Virus record (IMG/VR): IMGVR_UViG_3300015606_001334
Coordinates: 160,001-224,000 of that record
Direction: 5' to 3' (one strand)
DNA length: 64,000 nucleotides
DNA from: a virus
Taxonomy: Duplodnaviria; Caudoviricetes
Below are positions 1 to 8,162 of the stretch, in pieces (position 1 is the first letter of the stretch; each line of letters starts with the position of its first letter). Made by a program: the position numbers and the translations under genes. The notes below the pieces were generated by a model. The model had not been told where the DNA came from. It worked only from the letters and a program-made list of their open reading frames with translations, and did no database searches.

Positions 1-26
1 AATCAAAATTTGGTTTTGTAAACTGT

Positions 27-314
27 TTATCCACCCCAAGGGATATGTTTTACTTCAACTTGAACTTTTTGTTTTCGTTTGGATCTGCTCTCAGGCCAAG
101 GTTCAGCACCAGTCAAATATGCTTTGTACTTCTCTTTGTCAACAAACCAATAATCTTCTGGATTCTGACCACATTCGTTGATCATTTGAACTTCATAACC
201 GCCAAGTTCTAATGCAGCATGAACCAAAGCGGCAGGAAAATTGATACCACCACCCATCCCAGAAAGTAGTACATAGTCACCGTCCAATGGGGAAATTTTT
301 GCAGGTTTTGTCAT
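27..314 (-). CDS. hypothetical protein
   Basis: 95-aa ORF, start overlaps stop of upstream ORF 311..658. Confidence 0.6.
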   Translation of the reverse strand: MTKPAKISPLDGDYVLLSGMGGGINFPAALVHAALELGGYEVQMINECGQNPEDYWFVDKEKYKAYLTGAEPWPESRSKRKQKVQVEVKHIPWGG

Positions 315-658
315 TTCACGATTTCAAGTTTTGGTCGTTGCTTAGGAGGTTCCTCAGGAGGAGGCTCAATTGTACAAACTTGGGCTTCTCCGCTCGGATG
401 AGGAATCTCACCACATTTGTTTTCAGGAGCAGATGCGTTCTGCACAGTCTGAGCTTGTTGTTCCATTTGTTGAAGGAACATCAACACCGTTTTCGGGGTG
501 ACAGGCATCTCATTCTCGTTGAAATGTTGAATCACATTGAGGATGTCCATTACACCTTGAGAACGTCCTTGATTGAATGAATTCTGAATGTGAATATCGA
601 ATTTCTTACGATAATGCTGTTCAAAAATTGGGTCAACAACAATCATTTTTATCTCCAA
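311..658 (-). CDS. hypothetical protein
   Basis: 115-aa ORF co-oriented with neighbours. Confidence 0.6.
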   Translation of the reverse strand: MEIKMIVVDPIFEQHYRKKFDIHIQNSFNQGRSQGVMDILNVIQHFNENEMPVTPKTVLMFLQQMEQQAQTVQNASAPENKCGEIPHPSGEAQVCTIEPPPEEPPKQRPKLEIVK

Positions 659-660
659 AA

Positions 661-684
661 GAAAAGGGACCGAAGTCCCTTTTC
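661..684 (-). terminator. intrinsic terminator downstream of nadV
   Basis: GAAAAGGGAC-CGAA-GTCCCTTTTC inverted repeat (UUCG loop on minus strand) followed by U tract. Confidence 0.75.
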
Positions 685-699
685 AACACATTACGACAT

Positions 700-2190
700 T
701 TAGTCGTTGCGTTCACCATAAGCGCGAGCGCGAATGGTTTCAAGATCGGTGAATTCCTTGAACCAACCACAGTCGTAAATGACTTCCATGATGTCTTCCC
801 ATTCCGGATTGGTGGGTTCATCAGGGTTGGTCGGCAGGGTCATGATCTCGCCAGTCAGACGGCTACGGTAGGTGTTGAGGAAACCAGCCTTGGACTTCTT
901 ACCGGGATCGGTAATCGGGTCCTTGAAGATTTCTTGCCACTTACCATCGACCTTGATGGCGCAAACCTTCTGAGCGAACTTGTAGGTATCGCGGTTCAGC
1001 TTTTGCAGCAATGCACCACCAGAACCGAACACCAAGTTCTGCGCAGAGTAGCCAAGATCGGTCACCAGTTGCAGAATCTTGCGGATCATCTCGATGTCGA
1101 TGCCATCGCCTTGGATGACGCCAACAGTGTTGATGACCTTATAGCCCTTGCTGTTAACAGTGAAGCCGAAAGTTGCAGCTTGCATGTCAAGCAGACGAGG
1201 AATGACTTCCAGCGGATCACCACTGTCAGGACGGAAGACGATACGAGCGCCGGACTTTTCGATCTGTTCCTTGAATTCAGTGCAAAGCAGCATGGATTCG
1301 CGGTACACGTCGTAACCGTCGAGCACGATCGAAACAATCGCACCAGGTTTCGCGTAGGTATCGAGGATCTTCTTCAGATATTCGCGTTGACGTTTCGGAC
1401 CGAACGAACACTGGATGCTGTGCTCAGTTGCAGGAACCGAGAAAGCAGCCATCGTGCAGTTGTAGTAGAAATTCGCAGCACGGATACCAGAGATGGTGTC
1501 AGAGCCAGTGAAGTTGACCAAGTGGGCCATGCCGCCGATCTGGGCGGATTCTTCAGAACTTACCCCACGGCCGCCAAAGTCATGCAACATGAACGGCAGA
1601 CCAGGATACTTGCCACGAAGGGTCGTTGCACCAGGAACCGGATCAACAGAGAGTTCGAAGAACTGTTCGATCACCTTGCGGATTTCGTAGTCCATCGAAG
1701 CAATCGTGGTCGGATACCAAACGGCACGCTGCATGGAAGTTTCGAGGTAGGAGGCAATCCATGCGACTTTCTTGTCTTCGCAGGTCGCGACATACAAGGC
1801 GTTGGCAGAAGGAATGGGGATACCTTCCTTGACGGCCTTGATCTTGAGGGGAATGAAGCCGTTGTACTTTTCGACGATGTATTCCCAAGGTTCACGGTCA
1901 AACGGTTCACCGTGGGCCTTTGCGAAATCTTCAGCTTCGTCGATCATGTCGATCGTAATCGGAGTGGAGAGGCGTTTGCGAATCCACATTTGGAGACCGA
2001 TCGGAACGACGATCTTGCCCTTGATGCGCGGCTCACCGTACGAAACTTGACCTTCCATCTCGTCCGGATAGACGGGACCGTGGGACAGTTTGTAGGAATC
2101 GGCGTCGAGGATGAAGTTTACCCCAAGAACATTGGGATTTTCGCGTTGGATTTGGCGACGGATTGCACGAGGCAGATCATTAAAATTCAT
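700..2190 (-). CDS. nadV: nicotinamide phosphoribosyltransferase (NAMPT)
   Basis: DADSYKLSH, WYPTTIAS, LHDFGGRG, SVPATEHS, FRPDSGDP, IQGDG, FGSGGALLQ, KDPITDPGKKSK motifs of NAMPT. Confidence 0.96.
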   Translation of the reverse strand: MNFNDLPRAIRRQIQRENPNVLGVNFILDADSYKLSHGPVYPDEMEGQVSYGEPRIKGKIVVPIGLQMWIRKRLSTPITIDMIDEAEDFAKAHGEPFDREPWEYIVEKYNGFIPLKIKAVKEGIPIPSANALYVATCEDKKVAWIASYLETSMQRAVWYPTTIASMDYEIRKVIEQFFELSVDPVPGATTLRGKYPGLPFMLHDFGGRGVSSEESAQIGGMAHLVNFTGSDTISGIRAANFYYNCTMAAFSVPATEHSIQCSFGPKRQREYLKKILDTYAKPGAIVSIVLDGYDVYRESMLLCTEFKEQIEKSGARIVFRPDSGDPLEVIPRLLDMQAATFGFTVNSKGYKVINTVGVIQGDGIDIEMIRKILQLVTDLGYSAQNLVFGSGGALLQKLNRDTYKFAQKVCAIKVDGKWQEIFKDPITDPGKKSKAGFLNTYRSRLTGEIMTLPTNPDEPTNPEWEDIMEVIYDCGWFKEFTDLETIRARAYGERND

Positions 2191-2251
2191 TTGAAAGCTC
2201 CTTTCAAAGATTGAGAAATGTAACTGTCTATCAGCTACAGGAATATTTATT
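2191..2251 (-). promoter_or_regulatory. two-hairpin leader element, copy 1 (nadV)
   Basis: mRNA: AAUAAAUAUUCC-UGUAGCUG[AUAGA]CAGUUACA-linker-UUGAAAG[GAG]CUUUCAA-AUG; same architecture at 8036-8089 and 15386-15444. Confidence 0.8.
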
Positions 2252-2277
2252 CCATCACGAACTCAGAAAAAGTAAAC
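2249..2277 (-). promoter_or_regulatory. early-type promoter GTTTAC-N17-TGGAAT overlapping an ATAAATA late-type box
   Basis: Matches the recurrent GTTTAC...TAnAAT motif with one mismatch in -10. Confidence 0.55.
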
Positions 2278-2284
2278 TGATTTT

Positions 2285-2473
2285 TCAAATATCTTCTACT
2301 TGATGATCAGGAGGAAATTCGCACTGCATTGGTTGACCGTCACGATCGAGGTATTCATGGTCCTCATCGATGATGTAAACCCAAGCGGACTTTTCAGACT
2401 TCTTGATGTAGTACTCACCAGTCTCGCCTTCGAAGAAGACTTCACCGACAGAAATTTGATCAAACGTTGCCAT
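2285..2473 (-). CDS. hypothetical protein
   Basis: 62-aa ORF with GGAGG RBS. Confidence 0.6.
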   Translation of the reverse strand: MATFDQISVGEVFFEGETGEYYIKKSEKSAWVYIIDEDHEYLDRDGQPMQCEFPPDHQVEDI

Positions 2474-2474
2474 G

Positions 2475-2774
2475 TTAACCTCCGATGTTCAGTGAACCAA
2501 GATTATAGGACTTTTCTCCAGTGAAGAGGCTGTAGATCCCATAATTGAGGCTGTTGTAATGCTTCACTTCAGCTTCAGTCAATTCACGCGTTGTTTCTTT
2601 CGGGAAATGGACATCAACGAAGCCCAAGCCAGTAACCCAATTACCGATGTATTCAGTTTCGGTTTCTTTCGTGACTACACAAATATCGGGTTCTTCGCTG
2701 CTGATGTCACCAATCTTATGAAAAGCTTTGGTTGCCATCAGATATTTCGGTTGCTCAAGCTTAATAGGTTCCAT
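2475..2774 (-). CDS. hypothetical protein
   Basis: 99-aa ORF, coupled to neighbours. Confidence 0.6.
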   Translation of the reverse strand: MEPIKLEQPKYLMATKAFHKIGDISSEEPDICVVTKETETEYIGNWVTGLGFVDVHFPKETTRELTEAEVKHYNSLNYGIYSLFTGEKSYNLGSLNIGG

Positions 2775-2986
2775 TATCGTTCTCCGAGCGAGGCATTGTG
2801 GAGGTTCACAATATGCGAAGCCACCTCACGACCAAGATTGAAGGCGATGGCAATTTGCATGTTAACAAATTTGAACTCCAGCTTAACCTTGTACTCTTCT
2901 TCTGTAAAGATAGAGCTATCTTTTACGGTCCAGCGGACCTTACGAACATCAACACTCATCTTCTTCATCTCCATAGAATTCTTCAA
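2774..2986 (-). CDS. hypothetical protein
   Basis: 70-aa ORF overlapping purA-like 3' end; start uncertain. Confidence 0.5.
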   Translation of the reverse strand: MKNSMEMKKMSVDVRKVRWTVKDSSIFTEEEYKVKLEFKFVNMQIAIAFNLGREVASHIVNLHNASLGER

Positions 2987-4220
2987 TATGTTGCGGATTC
3001 ATCAACCTGCCTTCAGTGATGAGGTAGTCTTCTTCACCATGACACATAACCACATGAGAAGCATTGATGCGTGTACCAAATTCCGCAGCGAAAACCTTAG
3101 GTGAAAACATGTAAGGCCTACCATCAAGTACTGCGGGAAAACCATTTTCGCCAACAGCTTGATCTAGACAGGTAATAGCCAAAGAAATTCTACCAATCCT
3201 TTTTACAGGAACTTTGAACTGGTCCTTCAAGATCCGAGCGATCGCATCATCGATATCAAGAATGGCGAGTCGCAGAGAACCTTGGAATTCATGCGGCTTG
3301 TTGGTTTCATCGACCACATTGAATAGGCGACCAAAGCCATCCTCTCCGTCGGTGATTTCACGCTTCAACGGTCCTGCGCCATGGCGGGTGAGGTACGGTC
3401 GGGTCACATAAGCAAGGTTGATAGGATCATCAATCTTTGCGGTGTCAAGAACACGGAGGACATTGTCGATACCAGTGAAAGACCTCGTCACATGAGGAAA
3501 ATCCGCAGACTCCTGATCGAGTGCCAGTCCTTGAGCACCTTCAAAAACGAGGTTATCAAACTGATTCAATGCCTCAGCCTCATCCATGACGATTACCCGC
3601 TCAAGGAAAGCTCGACATTGTAGCTCATATTGATGGTAGACATGGCGCAGATTCCCCATCACGACGTTGTCGATGCCGAGTTCTGCCAATCTCATTGGTA
3701 TGTACTCACCAAGGATGGCATTGATCTTCATGCAAAGGGTAGGACGATGGATGATGTCCTCAACCGTCAGTTGAAAATCGCAATAGTCGTAACCATGGCG
3801 TTCGACAGTCTCACCGAAGCCAACACCAACTGAGCCATGTCGGCCATCGCCTCGTGCACGCTCAATCTCTTGATTGATAAACATATCCCATGGTGTAGTG
3901 ATGGGACATTTCGGATCCACGTAGATGTCAGGCCTGATGACTCCCTTTCGGATCAGCTCGTTGTTCTCCTTCATGAACAGGTACGGAGAGCAGACGAAAT
4001 CCTTCGTCAAGATGGTAGGGATGTAGTCAAAGCTTCCAGAGCCGAAGTGCGAGAACACATGGCGCTGACGACCACTGACGACCGTATGTCCTGCTTGGGC
4101 ACCACCATTAAATCGGACGACTGCGCACTTGTCGTAATTTTTAGCGGCGAAGTAGTTGGTCATACGACCTTTACCTTCGTCGCCGTAGTTGGCGCCAATG
4201 ACGACTTGAATATTTTTCAT
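2949..4220 (-). CDS. purA: adenylosuccinate synthetase-like protein (divergent PurA family)
   Basis: GANYGDEGKG P-loop with catalytic Asp, RFNGGAQAGHT, FEGAQG, FPHVTRS, LTRHGAGP. Confidence 0.85.
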   Translation of the reverse strand: MKNIQVVIGANYGDEGKGRMTNYFAAKNYDKCAVVRFNGGAQAGHTVVSGRQRHVFSHFGSGSFDYIPTILTKDFVCSPYLFMKENNELIRKGVIRPDIYVDPKCPITTPWDMFINQEIERARGDGRHGSVGVGFGETVERHGYDYCDFQLTVEDIIHRPTLCMKINAILGEYIPMRLAELGIDNVVMGNLRHVYHQYELQCRAFLERVIVMDEAEALNQFDNLVFEGAQGLALDQESADFPHVTRSFTGIDNVLRVLDTAKIDDPINLAYVTRPYLTRHGAGPLKREITDGEDGFGRLFNVVDETNKPHEFQGSLRLAILDIDDAIARILKDQFKVPVKRIGRISLAITCLDQAVGENGFPAVLDGRPYMFSPKVFAAEFGTRINASHVVMCHGEEDYLITEGRLMNPQHIEEFYGDEEDEC

Positions 4221-4222
4221 TA

Positions 4223-4426
4223 TTACGCCTTAAACGTCATGAGTTGAAGAAACACTTTATTTCTACGAACACCATCGTAATCCAGAGAAGTTGCGACCGC
4301 GCAAAGGGCAATTGGATCAACTTCTTCAGCATAATGCTTGCTGAAGTAGTCAATCGTTGTTAAAAAATCAGTACACCCATTTTCGCATTCTTCAGCGATA
4401 ATCTTTATGATCTTTTTGATGTCCAC
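4223..4426 (-). CDS. hypothetical protein
   Basis: 67-aa ORF with AAGGA RBS. Confidence 0.55.
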   Translation of the reverse strand: MDIKKIIKIIAEECENGCTDFLTTIDYFSKHYAEEVDPIALCAVATSLDYDGVRRNKVFLQLMTFKA

Positions 4427-4436
4427 GATTTATCCT

Positions 4437-4748
4437 TTAAAGGAAGAACCGAGTGTCATCAATCAGAACCATCGCCTCGTTCATGTCGAGGCTGATGTCG
4501 TGATCGTTCATTTCGTTGAAGTTGGCGGCAAACTTCCCATCGACGCCGATGATGGAATACGCATCATGCACCGGAGAAAGAATCAGATGGGGCTTGGAGT
4601 CAGACGTTCCAGAAGCAATGCCTCGAATGACGTAAATGCCGAGCTCGACGTTGAAGAACATGTCGCCGTGGAAGGTATCTTCACGGAGTTCGGGAACTTG
4701 GAACATCAGACCAGTTTTAACGCAACGCATGGATTTCTCCTTCATCAA
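4437..4748 (-). CDS. hypothetical protein
   Basis: 103-aa ORF in tightly packed array. Confidence 0.55.
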   Translation of the reverse strand: MMKEKSMRCVKTGLMFQVPELREDTFHGDMFFNVELGIYVIRGIASGTSDSKPHLILSPVHDAYSIIGVDGKFAANFNEMNDHDISLDMNEAMVLIDDTRFFL

Positions 4749-4763
4749 TATAGAGACATTATA

Positions 4764-5519
4764 TCATGTCGGGAAGAGTTTGGAAACGATTTTCTTCAAT
4801 GTCGACGGAGCATAGCACTCACGTTTGCCAGCAACAGTGACCATGATTGCTTTGTCAGGCTTTTCTGCAGCCTTCATAAGATCGATCGCTTCGTCTAGAG
4901 AGTCTTCATGATATTCTATCGAAGCATTGCGATCAGAAAAATTGACTCCTGAAATATTTCCAGTATGGGATCTAAAGTATTTCTCAAGATCTTCGCAAAG
5001 TTCCTCGGCGATTTTTTCAACGAGTTCAGGAGGAGAAATGAGGCTGAACTGGATTTCCATGACGCCTTCAGAGGTGTAGATGTCTCCATCCTTACTAGGA
5101 TTCAGCGTGACATCGTAGTAAAACTCGGTGAAGGTGAAACGGCGTGGGATCATCCGATTCTCAGAAAGATAGTACTTTCCAATAGGACAATATGAAAAGG
5201 CTTGGAGAGCTGTCAACGCATTGTCAAGACTACGTTGCACTGCCTGACGATCATCGTTATTACCGTAAGCTCGAAAATGGAAGGTGCAAGTGAGTGCACA
5301 AGACCAAGCCCGATTCGACGTGACACTGATTAGGTCTTGAAGAGACTCAAAATATTCCTTGTAGGTCTCACCATTTGACAGCGAGATAGTCACATTACTA
5401 TCGTCACCAGCCGCCATTTGACGAACCATCTGAACAGGATTCTTTGGGTCATTCGTTGCAAGAATGAACTTCTTGTTGATGAACTTGATTTCTGCCGGGT
5501 CTTCGTATTTCGGATTCAT
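4764..5519 (-). CDS. hypothetical protein
   Basis: 251-aa ORF; no motif recognised. Confidence 0.7.
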   Translation of the reverse strand: MNPKYEDPAEIKFINKKFILATNDPKNPVQMVRQMAAGDDSNVTISLSNGETYKEYFESLQDLISVTSNRAWSCALTCTFHFRAYGNNDDRQAVQRSLDNALTALQAFSYCPIGKYYLSENRMIPRRFTFTEFYYDVTLNPSKDGDIYTSEGVMEIQFSLISPPELVEKIAEELCEDLEKYFRSHTGNISGVNFSDRNASIEYHEDSLDEAIDLMKAAEKPDKAIMVTVAGKRECYAPSTLKKIVSKLFPT

Positions 5520-5554
5520 ATCACATCGTATTCAGAAAATTGCATTATAAACTA

Positions 5555-5580
5555 AAAAAGGGAACCTAGGTTCCCTTTTT
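5555..5580. terminator. intrinsic terminator (palindromic, potentially bidirectional)
   Basis: AAAAAGGGAACCTAGGTTCCCTTTTT perfect palindrome. Confidence 0.8.
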
Positions 5581-5596
5581 CTAACGAATGTTTTCG

Positions 5597-6520
5597 TTAC
5601 AGGCCGAGCGCGTGACGAACTACAGCTTGAGCCTTACTGTTTTCCCAGCTACCGATGACCTTTTCAGGATCAGCGCCTTCATTGACTTCCATGACGGAGA
5701 TGATGACTTCCGAAATGTAGTCGTAGTCGCTCAACAGAATTGCCTTCTTGCCGAGCAGGTTGCGCCATTTCGCAACAGTATCGTTGCGGCTTTGGCTGTA
5801 AGAACAGTGACTGCCTTGTTCACAGATGATGTGGAAGACGTTGTACTTTTCTTGGGCCAGTTCAAGCATTTCCTTGGAGGAATAGCTCTTTTCTTCGCCA
5901 CCGTTAAAGATGTTGTTGATCTGAGCAGAGGTGAGACCTTGAGGCGGTGGCGGCTCATCACCAATCGTGAACAGATAACCCTTTTGACCGCGCTTTTCGA
6001 AGCAGTCGATTGCGGTACGCTTACCAGCGAAGTACCACGGAATGTCGTACGACTCGAAAGCGTTACCACCACCGCCACCTTCCAGCCACAGTTCCTTCAG
6101 TTGTTCAGCGATACGAATATCGGCTTCGAACTGAGAAACTTGCAGAGGAGCACGATCGCAGAAGGCGTCGCCAATAGCCATGACCATCACGTGCGGATCA
6201 TCGACCGGCTTGCGGGTGAGGATACCATCAACCAGTTTGCCGAGACCTTCAGTTGCAATCTTTTCAGCAACGATGCCCATGGAACCAGTAACGTCCAGGC
6301 CGAGGATGATCGCGTTGGAATTCGGATTGGCTTCGGAATCGCGAGATTCGCGGAGCATCACGCCCTTCGGATCAAAGATCGACTTGATGGAAGTTTGCTT
6401 GAAAACTTGAGCACGAGCTGCGGTATCGGAAAAACCTTTTGCGCGAGCAGTACTCAAAGTTGCGGAAGTTGCGCTTGCATAAGCGCGATAATCATTGTTG
6501 TCCCAACGACTGTAACCCAT
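5597..6520 (-). CDS. von Willebrand factor A (vWA) domain protein
   Basis: IILGLDVTGSMG MIDAS motif, GGGGNAFESY, LFTIGDE; start set at MGYSRW behind AGGAG RBS. Confidence 0.85.
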   Translation of the reverse strand: MGYSRWDNNDYRAYASATSATLSTARAKGFSDTAARAQVFKQTSIKSIFDPKGVMLRESRDSEANPNSNAIILGLDVTGSMGIVAEKIATEGLGKLVDGILTRKPVDDPHVMVMAIGDAFCDRAPLQVSQFEADIRIAEQLKELWLEGGGGGNAFESYDIPWYFAGKRTAIDCFEKRGQKGYLFTIGDEPPPPQGLTSAQINNIFNGGEEKSYSSKEMLELAQEKYNVFHIICEQGSHCSYSQSRNDTVAKWRNLLGKKAILLSDYDYISEVIISVMEVNEGADPEKVIGSWENSKAQAVVRHALGL

Positions 6521-6531
6521 CTTGATTCTCC

Positions 6532-7179
6532 TTAAAAACAATCTGCTTCATCGATACCACCGAACATTTCTTGGTCAATGTCGTAATCAACATAACCATA
6601 TTGGTCTTTTACGTACTTCTTCGAAACCGTTTTAAATGTAAGTGGATCAACTACTTGCTTTTCGTAAACTTGCTGAACCGGCTTTTTCTTACCACCGAAA
6701 ATTCCAGTATCATTCTTGAGCTTTTCATCCCGAGCGATCAGAGATTTTGGGTCATAAATTGCACCGTTGATCTCGACCTCGTACATGTCAGGCTTTCCAG
6801 AAGCATTCTTCAATCTACCAATGACATAAATGTCTCTGTTGTTGTAGACTTCAGGATTACCAGGGCCTTGCATGACCGAAGCAATCTTTGCTGCTGAATG
6901 ACGTTGGACATATCCTACATGGTTGAACTTGTCGTACTTCCAAACAAGGACCTTGTAAGCATTTTTGTCGTATGCATTCGTCGGTTCGGCCTTCAAAAAG
7001 ATTCTAGCGCCAGGACCAACTTCTTCCAACATACGAGTTGCCCATGCGCCGCGATAATACTGACCGACGATAGGAACTACGAGTCCAGATAACGAAGGAA
7101 CCGGTTTGATTCCTTCATTAGCCGTCGCATTGGTGGAAGGAGAAACCTTCTCTCCTTCCTTACCTGAACCCGTTACTCG
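6532..7179 (-). CDS. HIRAN-domain region, probably expressed as the -1 frameshift extension of 7173..8036
   Basis: LKAEPTNAYDKNAYKV...HVGYV HIRAN motif; first HIRAN strand (VVPIVGQYYR) lies upstream of the first ATG (7032) in an open frame with no start codon. Confidence 0.7.
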   Translation of the reverse strand, partial: RVTGSGKEGEKVSPSTNATANEGIKPVPSLSGLVVPIVGQYYRGAWATRMLEEVGPGARIFLKAEPTNAYDKNAYKVLVWKYDKFNHVGYVQRHSAAKIASVMQGPGNPEVYNNRDIYVIGRLKNASGKPDMYEVEINGAIYDPKSLIARDEKLKNDTGIFGGKKKPVQQVYEKQVVDPLTFKTVSKKYVKDQYGYVDYDIDQEMFGGIDEADCF

Positions 7180-7185
7180 AAAAAA
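7080..7185 (-). promoter_or_regulatory. putative -1 programmed ribosomal frameshift signal
   Basis: U_UUU_UUC heptamer (7179-7185), 6-nt spacer, 13-bp stem (7160-7172 with 7080-7092) enclosing two further hairpins. Confidence 0.75.
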
Positions 7186-8036
7186 CTCTTGCCGCCCTTG
7201 TTACCACCCATGAGCTTCGACATGAGCATCATCTGCATCATGCCACCCATCGGGTTGGCAGCAGCCGGAGCTGCAGGAGCTGTAGCCTTTACGGTAGCCG
7301 CAGCTTCAACGATCTTGGCCCAAGCAGAAATTGCTTCCTGATAGGCAACCAATGCTTCGTTGTTGCGCTTGTTGATTTCGACGATTTCTGCCTTGGTAGC
7401 AGAAGCAGGAATGTCTTCCTGAACCAGCTTCGGTTGAGCAGGAATTTCGATGGCGACGCCACCAGCTGCTGCCGGAGCGGCCTGATCTTGACCCATCATG
7501 CTCATCATGAGCATCATTTGGACCATGTCACCAGCATCTTCATTGGTGGAGCCGGCCATCAGCATCGGCAGCATCATTTGGAAGTTTTGCTGGCCAGTAG
7601 CACCGGTCAGGGAGAAGAGGTTACGGAGAACCATGACGCCAGATTGATCCATGCCCATGGTAACGACCTTGTTGCGGCGCAGAGTGCCTTCGCTGGAGTC
7701 GGTGTTCAGAAGGATCAGAGAATTCGGGTTCTTTTCAACAACCCAGCCCGGACGACCACCAGGACGGAAGGCCAGATCACCGAGTTGGACGTCATCGAAC
7801 GGGACGCTTTGAGCGAAAGCCGGAACGGCCATGCCGAATTCAGAGAACATGTTTTCAACGACTTGGGCTGCTTCGCCTTCGCCGTTCAGAGAGAAGATGG
7901 AACCGTTCTTGCCGAGGATACCCATCTTACCGGTGGAAATATCCCAAACGACGTCCTTGACCGGCTGGAACATTCGAGCCAGCATCTTGTCGCCGATGGT
8001 TTGACCGAACTTGTTAAGTGCTTGATTTGCTTGCAT
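7173..8036 (-). CDS. hypothetical protein with Met/Ala-rich C-terminal half
   Basis: 287-aa ORF with repeated MMLPML/MMQMMLM segments; GGAG RBS inside hairpin. Confidence 0.85.
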   Translation of the reverse strand: MQANQALNKFGQTIGDKMLARMFQPVKDVVWDISTGKMGILGKNGSIFSLNGEGEAAQVVENMFSEFGMAVPAFAQSVPFDDVQLGDLAFRPGGRPGWVVEKNPNSLILLNTDSSEGTLRRNKVVTMGMDQSGVMVLRNLFSLTGATGQQNFQMMLPMLMAGSTNEDAGDMVQMMLMMSMMGQDQAAPAAAGGVAIEIPAQPKLVQEDIPASATKAEIVEINKRNNEALVAYQEAISAWAKIVEAAATVKATAPAAPAAANPMGGMMQMMLMSKLMGGNKGGKSFFE

Positions 8037-8089
8037 GTCTAAAACTCCTTTTTGACAGAAAAAACTACAGAAAGTCTATCTTCCTGTAG
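8036..8089 (-). promoter_or_regulatory. two-hairpin leader element, copy 2
   Basis: mRNA: CUACAGGAAG[AUAGA]CUUUCUGUAG-UUUUUUC-UGUCAAAAA[GGAG]UUUUAGACA-UG; an extra hairpin at 8091-8113. Confidence 0.75.
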
Positions 8090-8119
8090 GATCGATTGAG
8101 TTATTCAACCGATACATAA

Positions 8120-8148
8120 ATTATATACTAATTCCAGAAAGAGTAAAC
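8120..8148 (-). promoter_or_regulatory. early-type promoter GTTTAC-N17-TATAAT
   Basis: Recurrent motif; T4-early/sigma70-like. Confidence 0.8.
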
Positions 8149-8162
8149 TGATTTTGAAAAAT

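Noticed and set aside
577-2214. 545-aa + strand ORF (likewise 5588..6535, 28498..29250, 23204..23884, 44119..44814)
   Set aside because: Antisense shadows of well-supported minus-strand genes; no motifs recognised.
2191-2251. Leader element as a DNA operator (NrtR box) or terminator
   Set aside because: Stem sequences are not conserved between copies while pairing is, mismatches are strand-specific G-U, and hairpin 2 holds the RBS; this fits an RNA structure better.
2949-4220. PurZ / 2-aminoadenine (Z) genome system
   Set aside because: The P-loop keeps the PurA catalytic Asp (GDEGKG) rather than the PurZ Ser, and no adjacent dATPase/MazZ gene is recognisable; the HD gene 8 kb away is embedded with coaD/coaE.
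7077-7130. 17-aa ORF MRRLMKESNRFLRYLDS as a leader peptide or true HIRAN start
   Set aside because: Wrong frame for HIRAN and buried in the predicted RNA structure.
7136-7159. Hairpin after the 287-aa gene read as an intrinsic terminator
   Set aside because: No U tract follows; it is better explained as part of the frameshift-stimulating structure.
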